A DNA stretch of 64,000 bases from positions 77,004,001 through 77,068,000 of the forward strand of contig OX597828.1 in the NCBI GenBank assembly GCA_951406725.2, given 5' to 3'. The stretch comes from Octopus vulgaris. Taxonomy: Eukaryota. Shown here piece by piece: positions 1-19,499 of this stretch. The translations under genes were made by a program, and so were the position numbers. The notes under the pieces are model-generated. The model was not told the origin of the DNA and did not search any database. It saw only the letters and a program-made list of their open reading frames with translations. Positions within the stretch are counted from its first letter, which is position 1; each line of letters begins with the position of its first letter.

Positions 1-4908
<4,908 letters not shown>

Positions 4909-4949
4909 TACTATTATTATTATCATTATTCTTATTATCATCATTATTA

Positions 4950-5001
<52 letters not shown>

Positions 5002-5045
5002 CATTATTATTATTATTATTATTATTATTAATATTATTATCATCA

Positions 5046-5095
<50 letters not shown>

Positions 5096-5186
5096 ATTAT
5101 ACTATAAGTAGTAGTTGTAGCAATTGTAGTAGTAGTAGTGGTAGTAGTAGCAGCAGCAGTAATAGTAGTAGTATTTGTGGTGGTTG

Positions 5187-5277
<91 letters not shown>

Positions 5278-5306
5278 CAGCAGCAGCAGTAGTAGTAGTA
5301 GTAGTT

Positions 5307-5372
<66 letters not shown>
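4909..5372. repeat. Compound microsatellite, (ATT)n then (TAG)n
   Basis: Directly visible; the ATT part is the 5' flank of the Dong copy. Confidence 0.95.
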
Positions 5373-5373
<1 letters not shown>

Positions 5374-5745
5374 AAAGTTATCAATAACTCTATGGATCAT
5401 TTCTTCTGGAATGGTAGCTATTTCTACACAAATTGCACGTTTTAATTCATCAATAGATCGAAGGCGATGACTGAATACTTTTGATTTTGAATATCCCCAC
5501 AAGAAGAAATCACGTTTCACCATTCCAGAAGAAATGATCCAAAGAGTTATCGATAACTTCCATGAACGTCTCCAACAATGTGTTGACAATGATGGGAAGC
5601 ATTTAGCTGGTTTAATTTATAAAACTTAATGAAATAAAATGGCATTATATGTACATTCAGAAAATAAAATTATTCTTTTCATTATTTCTTATTTTGTGCT
5701 TTTATTAAGCCTCCAAATGTGTCAGATCATTTTGCTCCACCCACA
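5373..5745. mobile_element. Tc1/mariner transposase C-terminal relic with internal inversion and right end
   Basis: Minus 5373-5515 reads RDFFLWGYSKSKVF..IPEEMIHRVIDNF. Plus 5519-5629 reads TIPEEMIQRVIDNFHERLQQCVDNDGKHL..*. It ends in ccaccc followed by a TA run. Confidence 0.8.
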
Positions 5746-5799
5746 TATATATATATATAGATGTATGTATATATACATAGATATATTTACATATATACA

Positions 5800-5948
5800 C
5801 TGGGCTTCTTTCAGTCTGCGTCTACCAAATTCACTCACAAGGCTTTGGTCGGCTCGGGGCTATAGTAGAAGGTGCCACGCGGCGGGACTGTACCCTGAAC
5901 CTTGTGGTCGCGAAGGAAGCTTCTTTCCACACAGCCACGTCTGCACCT
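5800..5948 (-). mobile_element. tRNA-derived SINE family B, 5' half
   Basis: Reverse complement matches the 5' part of the 36884 element (ctatagcc.cgggccgaccaaagccttgtgagt..gaaagaagccc). Confidence 0.85.
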
Positions 5949-6477
5949 ATTCGTTAACTAATTCGGAAAAAAACCCGCCTAATTTGAAAATTCGAAAAAT
6001 CCGCCATACGTCCTTATAGAGAGCGATAGAGAAGTACCAGTCGAGTACCGATGTTGAGTTAATCGACCATAGCATCCAAATTATTTTCAGGATATTCATC
6101 CCTACTACGGATATGAGAAATCAATATTCTATTATAGAATTCTACATATGAGGAGATTCTGTGCAAAAAACAACAACACAAAACAAAACAAAACTAAGCA
6201 TGTTTTTTATCTGATTTAAAAGATAAAAAAGAAAAGTTAGTGAAAATTCCCAGAATAACAGTGCAAAAAATATTATTATGGTATCTTTTTTTTTTTTGTA
6301 TTTGTCGTTAATCAATGATGCTGAGAGAATAAGCGTTGCGTGAATTCGTGGTAAATATTTGTACTAAGCGCTACGCAATATTTCTTTTGATTTTTAGCAA
6401 CTCGTTGTATCTCTCACCCAAATTCACACAAGCACAAATCCACCCATCCCCTTATGTAGGTATATACATAAATATGC

Positions 6478-6548
<71 letters not shown>

Positions 6549-6574
6549 TACATATATATGTATATATATATATG

Positions 6575-6615
<41 letters not shown>

Positions 6616-6666
6616 ATATATATATATGTATATATATATATACATATATATGTATATATATATATG

Positions 6667-6706
<40 letters not shown>

Positions 6707-7152
6707 GAGAGAGATAGATTGATATATATATGTATGTATGTATATATGTATACATATACATATATATATGTACATACGTACATACATATATACCTACATC
6801 TATGATATCCTAATACATTTAACTTCAGTTTTCTCTTCTATCCCTTTCTTTCACTCTATATATACGTGTGTGTGTGTGTGTGTGTGTTTGCATGTGCGTG
6901 TGTGTGCGTGTGTGTGAGTGCATAAGTATTTATGTGCACCTCTGTATAGATTGGATTTAAGCAAAACAGCAGATCCGTGATTCTGTAAATGGATAAGAAG
7001 GATGTAGAAAATACCTCATCGACATAGCAGAGATATGTGAGAGATAGACAGAATTAAAACAGAATAGTTCCTGTATAGTTGTATAGTAATTGCAGCTGCA
7101 CCGGGGAAGGAGCTCGGTGTGGTGTCTGCGTGGCAAATGTATATTACAAACG

Positions 7153-7190
<38 letters not shown>

Positions 7191-7322
7191 TTACACATAT
7201 GCACCTTCACAAATTCGCACACAATCACACACACACATAAGTATATAAATATATATACAAATATATATATGCGAATGTATGCCTGTATGTATGCATGTAT
7301 GTGTATATATATATGTATGTTT

Positions 7323-7362
<40 letters not shown>

Positions 7363-7366
7363 ATGC

Positions 7367-7460
<94 letters not shown>

Positions 7461-7937
7461 CTGTGGACGATACGTGCTTGTGTGTGTTGTTTGCTATCTA
7501 GAGCACGGCATTTAACCAATGTTCAAAACTCCATGTGCCCGATTAAACAGCAACGGATCCAACCATGAAGAGAATTATAATCATTAACTCAATATATATC
7601 CAATAGTTATCCGTCGCTATTTGGAACGGAGAGTTCATCATAAAAGAAAAAAAAATATAGATAATTCTTTTTACATTCATTCAATGGATTATTACACGTG
7701 TTTCATTAGAGAAAATTGCATTGGTGAAAATTTGTTATGCAATAAAGTTTTCCCAATCAGGTTAGAACATAGTATCATGAGTGTTCAGCAAAGAAAAACA
7801 ATAACCTGAAACGGGTTCGTATGTTTGACAGAATCGTCGTTTTACGTAAACCACTTCACAAGTACAACACTGTCAGAGTTATTCTATCAGACTGCTATTA
7901 TCTTTTGGTTGTTTGGTTTATACACCTTCACTGGTAA

Positions 7938-8150
7938 AGGCACATGGCTCAGTGATTAGAACATCAGGCTTACAATCATGAGGTAGTGAGTTCCGTTCCT
8001 GGACCCGGCTATGTGTTGCGTCCTTGAGCAAGAGCGACTGCTAGTCCTCCATAAGCAACCTTCCCCAGACTTGTGCTTCGGAGGAGAACTTTCTAGGTGC
8101 AATCGCGACCGAAGAGGCTCTTTACCTTTCCTACTTTACCTTACTTTACC
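7938..8150 (+). mobile_element. Degenerate tRNA-derived SINE
   Basis: A-box-like tggctcagtgattag, B-box-like gagttccgttcc, then gtccttgagcaag and a tttacc-repeat tail. Confidence 0.6.
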
Positions 8151-8364
8151 TCTGAGTGAAGTGACAAAAAATTTCATTAATGAAATGTGTATAAGAGTGT
8201 TTAGACTAAATGCGTAATCTTATCTACATTCTTGTTATTTATTTATTTATGTATTGACAAACTGTGGAAAAGAGATCCTTCAAAGGGGTTTGTTAAACAG
8301 CCAATTAACTGGTACTTCAGTAGGATACCATATAAATATAGGTATAATTCAATTATAAAAATGA

Positions 8365-8506
8365 ATTAAATATAGAGATATTCTATTGACAATCCAATAA
8401 TTTATTTATATTACAACATTAAGTCCTATGAATATAATATATAACATAATAATTTATATAACATGAATAATTATAAAAACCCCAAAAGGCCAACAAGCTG
8501 TTTCGA

Positions 8507-8565
<59 letters not shown>

Positions 8566-8738
8566 ATGATATATATAATGGAACTGTTTACGTATATCAG
8601 AAAAAATATATACAAGTCGAAACAATTTGTAGGCCTTTTTTGGTTTTTACAATTATTTATGTTATATGATATTATGTTGTTATATATTATATTCATAGTA
8701 CATAATGTAATACTATAATATAATAGAATGTCTCTATA

Positions 8739-8744
<6 letters not shown>
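8365..8744. repeat. Inverted repeat (~140 bp arms) around (TA)n; Penelope-like end with HHR 3' half
   Basis: 8365-8509 is the imperfect reverse complement of 8614-8744; each arm reads aagtcGAAAca..tgt.ggcc. Confidence 0.75.
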
Positions 8745-8795
<51 letters not shown>

Positions 8796-9329
8796 AGAGA
8801 GAGCGAGAGAGAGAGAGAGAGAATGTACTTATGTACACTTTTACACCACACTTATACCCTTGACATTATGCGAGATGATCGAGAAATGTTTTATATGAAG
8901 TTAGTTTGTGACTCTTTAATCTTATTTCTTATGCCACCGGAAGTGACGTTTACATTTTTCATTACTTTATCTTGAATGGAAAAATACCAGTAATATACTG
9001 GAATCAGCTTTATTAACTACGAAAATAGATTTCTTTGTCTTGTCATGAAAATTATCAATATGTATGCGGGACCGTTTCAGCCATAATTAGTGACTTGTGA
9101 AGCAGTCGTTTACATATCTCCAATGTATAATTCGTTCTTGGTTTATAAAATCCTGTAGATTAAAATATAGGACATTTCAGCTTTCTGATCTCTTAACAAG
9201 AAGAATAGAATTATTTACTATTTTTAGAATATTTATTATTTCCAGTATTATTTCCTTTGTCACTAAAACTTGATTTATTTACAAATTAACGTCACGGTGA
9301 CAACCTATCAGAAACATTGTCCATCTGGA

Positions 9330-9810
9330 TGAAATGTTTAGCAACATTTTTTTCGGCTTAAAGTTCTGGGTTCAAATCCAGCTGAGATCGACTTTGACTT
9401 TCACCTTTACGTGGTCGATAAAATAAGTACCAGTGGTACACTGGGGTGGATGTAATCGTCTAATTCCTTCCTCTAAATCCAGGCTTTCTTCCTATAATAG
9501 AAAATATTAAAGATAGCAAGATTGCAGAATCGTTAGCATAAAACGTTTAGCAACATTTCTTCCGTCTTTACATTCTGAGTCCGACTTTGCCTTTCATCTT
9601 CTCGGGGTCGATATAATAAATGCAGTTAAGCGCCGGGGTGGATAAAATAAATACCCGTTAGCCACTAGGGTGGATGGAATCGACTAAGCTCCACTCATTT
9701 CAAGTTGAAATACAAAACTAAGATAAGCTCCGTCACTGGTCACAGGACCAATATTTTATTCCATGCCGTTTGTCCCCTCTATGTTTAGCCCCTTGTGGGC
9801 AAGAAACAGA
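9330..9810 (+). mobile_element. Cluster of degenerate SINE family A copies
   Basis: B box gttcaaatcc; the core gactttg.ctttca.ctt..g.ggtcgata occurs twice; tail fragment gtttagccccttgtggg at ~9785. Confidence 0.75.
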
Positions 9811-10997
9811 TAATGCGCTAAGGAATTAACAGCAGCTTTGGTTGTGGAGAATAAACCAAACAATATCTCTTCCTATTCCAGGGTGACATCACTAACATGA
9901 AAAGCATCCCAAAGGTTAGATTAGTCTTCAGATTATTCTTCAGATATGGTCATCATCTGACCCTCTGCACAAGAGCTTTCCAAGCGTATATTTTTACAGT
10001 GGCAACTTTTTCAAGCATTTGTTTTTTCGGACACGTTGATTAAATTTTTGTGAACAGCACAAAATATACGAATTTAATAACCAAAAAAATCTCTATAACC
10101 TGACAAGTAACAAATCACGTTCCTAATTTAACATCGAGTTCTCAGATTCCAAATATAGTTCACTGCCAATTACCCGTAAAAAATTAATCCTATGATAATC
10201 ATGTTTACGACTGACAACCGAGAAATCACCAGTTAGTCATTAAACTTCCGTGACTCACAAAATGGCATGACTCGCAGTTTCCAGAAATCTGCTCTTTAAT
10301 GTTCTCCGTGACTCACATAAAAGTATTACTTGCATACTGAGTCTTTAACTAAAAGGATGAATATCTTAGACAACTCATAGATGATGGTCATTCAGTTGGC
10401 ATAAACATATTCACATTCCAAAATACGACAGCCACTTCACTCATTGTTACGATTTGTTTTCTCTTCGACCCAACTAGAGTTATCTCAGAGATCTCTGCTT
10501 CCTTATCTTATCAAAAGTGTATCCAGTCCCTGGCCTATCCCAAGCTCATGACATTTCACCCTCAAATATGATACTTAACACCTCATCCAATCGTTCTTCG
10601 GAATTGCAACAACCTAAAACACCGAAAGGCACTCCCCAGCTAATTACATGCCGTCAAGATGACAAAACATTTAGGTCAAAACCTTGTCAGTGTCGCCTGT
10701 GAAGGGAATTGCGTGACTTTTTTAATCAAATAACAAACACAACAGCAAGAGCTACGATAAACAACAACAACGATTACTGAATGGTTTAGTCATACAAACT
10801 AACCTGTCTCTTTAGAACTTGGATGTAGGTGTCCCCCGAGCGCTTCTTGTCCACAGACGTCCTTAGTCCTTAGGTAACCAACTGCGTTGCAGTCTCGCAA
10901 CAATTTCACAGCCCATTCGCAAACAAACAGCTTTTGAAATAAATCAAGATTTTCTTTTAACAGTAATTTATATTTAATATACATATGTGTGTGTATA

Positions 10998-11073
<76 letters not shown>

Positions 11074-11084
11074 ATGAATGTATG

Positions 11085-11115
<31 letters not shown>

Positions 11116-11773
11116 TATACATATACATATATATGTAATATGATATTGTGATAATTATATGATATTTATCTTATGATTTATGATATTTTTATGACGGTAT
11201 TTATAATACAATATTATTGATATTTATTTTTCACATTATATATTTGGGAAACATAAGTGCGATTTTGTGATTTTCATGTGTTTCCCAGTGTAAATTTAGA
11301 TGAAATGTCTTTTAATCGGAATAAAGAAATCAATCATAGTTAATAGTTACTAAATGAAATGATAAGTAGATTTATATCTGCTCAAAATGTATGCAAATTT
11401 TGGCAATTTCTTCTAGATTATATACATAAGAAATATTACCAAATGATTCATGATTTCCATAAGGAAATTTAACGACGATATTTAGACATTGTGTGGCGTC
11501 AGCTGTAAGATAATTTTCCTCATTAAAGAGACTCTCAAGAAAAAGTGTAAACTAAAGAAAGTTCATTTCTATATAAAGTTTGGAAAGAATTATTCATTTA
11601 TATATGAAAATTCAGGTAAAGAATTAATTTATATATAAATGCTGCTTAATAAAACGGATTATATACGTGTTCCATATACACTATTTATGCATACAATTTA
11701 TAAAGTTACTATACATGTATATATAAAATCGTTTAAAAGGTAGAATACTTTTTCTCATAACAATTATAAAGAT

Positions 11774-11812
<39 letters not shown>

Positions 11813-13469
11813 CAAGAATGTATATATTTATATATTTATATGCAAAGGTGATTAATGTAGAATACACGTATGTTGTACAGTCAATGTCCCTACACATATC
11901 TACATACATATGCATGGTATTTGTGTACACATACACTCATAGTAATTTTGCACATACATATATACAGGTATATATAAATGTTGCGAAATAAATTATGAAC
12001 CCTAGTGGCCCTGATTGCTGCGACAAATTGTTTAAAAGAGATCAAGAGGGTTACTTTTTATTACAACCAATGAAATCATTTAAGCAAGAAATTAACTTAC
12101 AAGCACAAAGGACAAGGAAGATGTAATATGCCAAAGCACTCTGTAATTATTTTTAATCTTAAATTTTTTCCCCAAATATTCACACCTAGACTACATTACT
12201 ACCTGGATTTGAAACTTTAGTTTTAACACACACAAAATAATATGATCCAACATCCACATTATAACTACACAAACAATTCAATTTAAATATTTGAGGGCGT
12301 GATATAGGAGTCAAGCATAGTATCGTTGGATGTTACTGAGTGAAATTATATTTGACTGAATAAAAATACTTTCAAAGTATGATGCAACCGTCACATATAA
12401 TCTTTCGTGTAAGGAGATCTTGAAACTTCACTTTTCTTCTTTGTCAAGATCCATTTTGTAATTAAGGGAGAGCAGAATGGAACTTGTCACCATAATGGGA
12501 GAACGTCGTTGATAAAGGAGTGCCATCTGCCAACGGAAGAACATTCTAACTCAGCTACGCTGACTCGGTTTACTTTCTTTATTTCTTTTCTTTTTTAAAT
12601 GTCCAAGACAATTTGCAGCAGGAAACACAAAGACCAGTTCTGTTGATCAGGCTCCTTCTGCAGAAACAGTTCCGGTAAGGAAACAAGAAAATGAGTGAAC
12701 GGGCGTGAAATAAATGCCAGGTTGAACGGCAATTATTTGCCTATGCTCCAGCATGACAGCAACTTCTGATTGAGACTAGCAAAATTTAAAGTCAATGAAC
12801 TTGTGTAAATTATAAAATCTCCAGTTGAAATAAATATCAGAATAAGGAGATCTAGCAAACATTAGCAGCAGGATTCGGGCGAGTCTGATAAAATCTTCAG
12901 TCCAGTCGTTCACAATAGATGACAATATGTCACTAAGATAAATCATTTATCTCAACTGTACCTAAACGACTGCGCCCGGTCAGAAATTTAAAGTAGCAAG
13001 GAAATGAATCATTAATTGCTTTCTGAGAAAGATAAACTTTACAGCAGGAACTGATTCCTTTTCCTGAATATAAAACCAGGAGAAAAATTCTGAAGACTTT
13101 CGCATCGAAGTCCGGCGCTATTACTATCTTCACATTTGTAAATGTCTTCTAATACAACGTAGGTTACACCAATGTCTTGTAATTAATTACAAGGACACCG
13201 TCAATGCTTATACAGGTGAAACAGCTCGTAGCATAGTAGAAAATGTAATATGTCATTAGTAAAAGGCATAACAATAAATATCATTACCCCCGGAACATTC
13301 CAAAAAGAACCATGACGACTCGACGAACAATATTGAAAAGAAAATGCTAACGCACCGTCAGGGGCCTACATAAATAGAACAGAAGAAAATAATACGTTGG
13401 AATCTGAGGATTAAAAGAAAATTAAAGACATGCAAAATAACAACAGCCCTACAACAGCAGGCTCTCATT

Positions 13470-13685
13470 AAGCCGGTTTCTTGGAGTCGGTGGTGTACAT
13501 ATTCCCCCACTGGAGGACCCGCCGGTCCGTCACCAGATTATTCATTTTTGACAGATGAGTAAACTGGAATGATGGGAAATTAAACGTGTTGCGTCAGACC
13601 ACAAAGCACTGCCCGGTCCAGGAATGGAAACCACAATTTTACGATTAGTGAGTGCAACGCTCTAACCTGACCACTAAGCCACAGG
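13470..13685 (-). mobile_element. CORE-like tRNA SINE, degenerate
   Basis: catttttgacagatgagtaaactgg resembles the CORE/MIR block; a tRNA-like head gtggcttagtgg lies on minus. Confidence 0.55.
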
Positions 13686-14465
13686 CCGAGGGGCTTCTAT
13701 TCATGTATCTGTGTTTCTCTGTAGTACTAAAATTTTACGAAATTCATTTACAACATTGAACGGAGACGACTCCCTAAAAATGATTGAATCAGCCATTCGG
13801 TAAATAATGAACAATAAATGAGAGTCGAGGTCGCTCTTACTTTTGTAAATCTTGTTATGCCACCTGGCGACAAATATGAAAATTCGCACCGGTACCTTTA
13901 CGGACACACAATGCAAGATTGCAATCTCATTTAAAACAACCTATAAAATCTGAAATTGTGTGTTGAAATATGGAATAGAAGGAAGCCAGCTTCTGATTCC
14001 ACAATAAAGAGAAGAATATGTCATTAATGGATGACTTTACGGTATGTGTCAAGATCAGCACTCATTTGGTTTATGATTGGTTGCAGATATAAAACCCACG
14101 CATTGTCCGTGCCTTGTGTTGACTTATATAGGTGAGAAATCACATATGAATTAAACATGAGCGCTTATATACACGCACATGCACACCACGATGCACGCAC
14201 ACATACACACATACACACACACACAGACACACACACATATACACACAAATGTGCGGACACATGCGCACGCACGTATAAATATACATATGCTTATGAATGT
14301 GTTTCTGCGTGGGTATATATGAGAGCGCATTCATAAGTAGCTATGTGTGTACGTAGGTAAATAATTGCCATTTATTCTGACCTATCTATCCCACTCGGCC
14401 TCACAAACACACACCCACCAAGCACTCTTCGCCAACATATATATATATATTTATATATACATACA

Positions 14466-14517
<52 letters not shown>

Positions 14518-15016
14518 AATATATATACATGTGTGTGTGTGCATTACAAGTCAACGTATAGAGATAATATTTATATATATCTATACATAAATATATATAT
14601 ATTTACACATATTTAAAGATGCATCGGTGTAGGTATGAACGATCTTAAATGGAAGTCAATTTTCCGCTATATGAAACATGATACAACCGCAGCAGCGCCA
14701 ACACCGACAACTCAAAAACGACCACAACAGCAACAAGACGATGCTGCTGTTCATATTGAAACAGTGAAGCAGCCACTGTTGAGGTATTCGTATCGCAAAT
14801 TTAGTGGAGGTCGACAGAAACAACATTACCAATGATTGTCACTCGAATTTAGATAGTTATTAAATTACTTTAGAATATTAATGTAATTATTGTTAATTGT
14901 AAGTTGCAAGTTGAAGGCATCTATTGATCAAGATATAAATGAATATCAAAGTAGGATATATGGCCAATATATATACCCACCATAAAATTACTTTCACATG
15001 AAGACACAGAAATATA

Positions 15017-15082
<66 letters not shown>

Positions 15083-15083
15083 A

Positions 15084-15182
<99 letters not shown>

Positions 15183-15328
15183 CATACATACATACATACA
15201 TACATACATAAATGTATATGTAAATATATGGCTCGATATAGACATCAAAATATATAAATGTATATATATATACATACATATACACATACATCTGCATATA
15301 TAAATATATAAATGCTCACACACACACA

Positions 15329-15369
<41 letters not shown>

Positions 15370-15468
15370 ATATGTATATATATATATATACATTTATATA
15401 TTTTGATGTCTATATCGAGCCATATATTTACATATACATTTATGTATGTATGTATGTATGTATATATG

Positions 15469-15501
<33 letters not shown>

Positions 15502-15641
15502 GTGTGTATGTGTGTGTGTGTGTGTGCGTGTGTGTGTGAGCATTTATATATTTATATATGTAGATGTATGTGTATATGTATTTATATATCTATAAGTATG
15601 TATACATGTGTATATATATGTTGATATATATATATACATGT

Positions 15642-15677
<36 letters not shown>

Positions 15678-15981
15678 GCGTATGTGTATTGTTATACGTG
15701 TGAGATTAGTTATACTACGCTATTAATTGTTCCAGCACTCAAAGCAATATTTACACCTCTTTTTTGATATAACATATTATGGCTGTTGTTTTTATTAGCA
15801 TAATGGTGTAAAATGGAAGAATCGAGCGAACATGGGATGAGCGGTGGGAAGGCGGGGGTGTTAGGAGCGGCAACAGCAGGGTTGAAATGGTAGAATCGGG
15901 AAACTATTATTGTAGTATGTAGCAGATGAGGAGAGTCTGAGTTTGGTGGCTGCCAAAACAGATGGCAATTATTTTCCTTAA

Positions 15982-16240
15982 AAGGCGGTGAGCTGGTAGA
16001 AACGTTAGGATGGGCTGGACAAATACATGGTGACATTTTTTCTGTCTTTAAGATCAGAGTTCAAATTCGACCATTGTCGACCTTGCCGCCTATCATGTCA
16101 GGGGGTAATAAAATACGTGAAAGTAAAGCAATGGTCATTCCGTCGAAATTGCTGGCTTTGTGCCAACATTTGAAACTAATTGTTTTCCTTAAAAGATGAC
16201 GATGTGGTAGAGTCGTTAGCACGCTGGATAAAATGCGTTT
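15982..16240 (+). mobile_element. SINE family A, degenerate copy plus a head fragment
   Basis: aaggcggtgagctggtagaaacgttag...gagttcaaattc matches the 18534 and 54573 heads. Confidence 0.75.
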
Positions 16241-16290
16241 CTGCTATACAAAGCATGATACAATCGCAGCACACAACAACAACAACAACA

Positions 16291-16480
16291 GTGGAGGCGC
16301 AATGGCCCAGGGGTTAAGGCAGCGGATTCGCAGTCATAAGAACGCGGTTTCGATTCCCAGATCGGGCATTGTGTGAGTTTATTAAGCAAAAACACCAAGC
16401 TCCACGAAGCTCCGGTGGTGGTGGGAGGGGGGCACTGTACTCTTTCACCACAACTTTCTCTCACTCTTTCTCCCTACTTC
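16291..16480 (+). mobile_element. tRNA-derived SINE family C, 5' part
   Basis: A box tggcccaggggttaagg and B box ggtttcgattcc, followed by a non-tRNA body. Confidence 0.7.
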
Positions 16481-16800
16481 TGCCACAAAGCAGAGGAACC
16501 ATGACGTAACCCACTATGGTGTGGTAAACTTTCAGACCCTAGTGGGGAGAATGTATAAAATTTTAAATGTATAAAGAATAATAAAGTTATTTTTTAATAA
16601 AATTATTATATTAAATTATAAAAGTAACAAAAGAATGCACGGTATTGTACTATTTCTACTTCGTGAATTTGCACTAATCGCGATGGGCTTTGGAACGTAA
16701 CACCCGCGGTAGTCGAGGGATTACTATATATATGTGTGTGTGTGTGTATTTGTCTATGTATATATAGAAATATATACATACATACATACATATATATATT

Positions 16801-16846
<46 letters not shown>

Positions 16847-17206
16847 CATACACAAATAAGATATAAATAAGTAACAACGATATATAAGGTGTATAATGAA
16901 TTGACACTCATATTTTACTCACCTACCCTGGAATCTGCCCTTCCGAAATATTATCGAACATATCTTTATATAAAGTACATGTCTGACCCAACAAGAGTGC
17001 ACTTATTCACTAAGTTGGATCGCGCCATCTGCATACACTGTAAGAATATCAGAAGGGGCGGGGTTTCTGCGTAGGGTTTGATACTCACATGATATTTTCT
17101 GAGTGTGTAACTTAGTTCGTCCTAACAAGGTGCCTAAATGTATGTACCTAATTCAACTGAATCTAAATTACATACATATATATATATATACAAATATATA
17201 TATTTT

Positions 17207-17238
<32 letters not shown>

Positions 17239-17248
17239 TGTATGTATG

Positions 17249-17325
<77 letters not shown>

Positions 17326-17419
17326 CGGTCTGCTCGCTTAGCCAGCGGAGTGGCGTCATTCGAAGGCTAAAACAATGCGAACGTGTAACTACATCTGATG
17401 GTCTGGTCGGTCACGTGAT

Positions 17420-17461
<42 letters not shown>

Positions 17462-17505
17462 AAAGAGAGAGAGAGAGGGATAGATAGATAGATAGATAGA
17501 TAGAA

Positions 17506-17617
<112 letters not shown>

Positions 17618-17708
17618 CCAGTCATGAACACATACCAATGGGAATACATACATACAAATATACGCATATACACATATAAATCATACCCAACAAATATATA
17701 TTGTTATA

Positions 17709-17946
17709 TAGGGTTGGCCAAAAGTCATCCGACAGTAAATCAAATGTTCCATAAATACTTAGTATTCATTTTTATTTATTCTAATTATGAATGTTCAATA
17801 ACTGAAAGCTGTGAGTTAAAATCACCGTCTTTTTTTCCCAATATTTGTTTATTTATTAGCAAAGTCTCATATGAAATAATTTTTTGGTTTCTTCTTGAAT
17901 TTTAATGGGTTTTGATTTTCTGCCAGGTGACTTTTGGCCAACCCTG
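17709..17946. mobile_element. Tc1/mariner-type MITE with ~36 bp TIRs and TA target duplication
   Basis: TA|tagggttggccaaaagtcatccgacagtaaatcaaa ... tttgattttctgccaggtgacttttggccaaccctg|TA. Confidence 0.9.
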
Positions 17947-18199
17947 TATTTGTCTATATGTGTGTATGATTGCCAGCACAAGCTATCATCAGTTTATCCT
18001 GCTTCCAATACCTTTGTAAATGAACAGAAATACGCGCGTGCGGTACTCACTCTCTTGACGCAGCCGAACGCGAAACACGCAAGTGGCTGAGTGTAGAGGG
18101 CGACAGCGAAGAAACACATTAAGATTAATTTCAAGACAATTTATCTGCCTTCCCACAACATAGTTATAGAGAATATGTAATTTTATCTTTTGTCGCCTA

Positions 18200-18801
18200 G
18201 TTGTCATTGGACTGTGGCCATGCTGGGGCACCACCATGAACATTTTATTCTAATAAATCGAGACCAGCGCTTACGTTTTAAAACCTGGTAGTTGTTCTGT
18301 TTGACTGCTTTGGCGAAAGATTGTCACGCATACATAAACAAACCACTACCAGTTGTCAGGCAGTGGCGGGAGCGAACCCCACCCCCACCCCCGACACACA
18401 CAAATATATATGAATATATGTGTGTATAAACGTCCGGATTCTTTTAGTTTCTGTCTCACACGTCACAATACTTGCCCAGTTTACCACACAGTGGGACTGA
18501 ACCCAAATCTTTGCGGCTGAGAAACAAGCTTCTTATTTCTTTATTGCACACAAGGGGCTAAATACAGAGAGGACAAACAAAGACAGACAAGGGGATTAAG
18601 TCGATTATATCGACCCCAGTGCGTAACTGGTACTTAATTTATTTAGCCCGAAAGGATGAAAGCCAAATCGACCTCGGCGGAATTTGAACTCAGAACATAA
18701 CGGCAGACGAAATACCGCTAAGCACTTCGCCCAGCGTGCTAACGTTTCTGCCAGCTCGCCGCCTTAAGCAACATTCTTATCACACAGCAAAGCCTGCGCC
18801 T
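18200..18801 (-). mobile_element. Old SINE family B copy interrupted by a family A insertion
   Basis: gactgtggccatgctgg (3' end) ... gtgggactgaaccc, resuming as cacacagc..cctgcgcct after 18766. Confidence 0.7.
18534..18765 (-). mobile_element. Near full-length SINE family A
   Basis: Head aaggcggcgagctggcagaaacgttagc, B box gttcaaattcc, core ctttcatcctttcggg, tail ccccttgtg..aaagaaata. Confidence 0.9.
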
Positions 18802-19168
18802 ACAGTTTTCTTTTCTTTGTTATAGATTCAATAAGTTTATCTATTGTTACAATTCGACGAGGTTATAACCACCGATGTTGGTCCGAGACAGATTTTATCC
18901 ATAACTCTTGACTATTGGCATCTAATCCCAAAAGACAGAATGAAGATATGCGTGAAGCGTACTGAGTGATATATCAACATCCGAAAAATGAGTCACTCAC
19001 GTAGAATGAAACCTATTCTCTCCAGGAAAGAAACCAAAAGATTACATGTGGAAACTGGAATCACAGATACAAACCAACTGTTGGAATCCAGAATCACCGA
19101 AAATTCTACAGGTTGCACTTCGAAATTATTAATGAAAGCATTTCTTTAAAACAAAACACACACACACG

Positions 19169-19201
<33 letters not shown>

Positions 19202-19382
19202 GAAAGAGTAATCATTTCATTGCGTAAAATCGATGTAGTAAAAATTACAAACTACAAAGCAACATCCATATGTGTGTCTACTCTAGCACGCACATACAAA
19301 CACATATATGTGTGTGTGGGAATCCATATATACTTACACACATATGAATCTACATGTATGTAGATATACGTTTGACTGTAAG

Positions 19383-19413
<31 letters not shown>

Positions 19414-19499
19414 ACACACACACACATACACACACACACACACATATATATATGCGTGCAATATGCATGAGACATTAGTCATGCTATTTAGGTTATTGC

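Noticed and set aside
9830-10560. Possible old LINE relic
   Set aside because: No motif could be read with enough confidence to assign.
14060-14140. ATTGG plus TATAAAA plus GTGAGA donor as a promoter
   Set aside because: The spacing is atypical, and such motifs are common by chance in AT-rich DNA.
17410-17426. Tandem CACGTG palindrome tcacgtgatcacgtga
   Set aside because: It looks like the short-repeat tail of a dispersed repeat fragment between TA tracts; no independent regulatory evidence.
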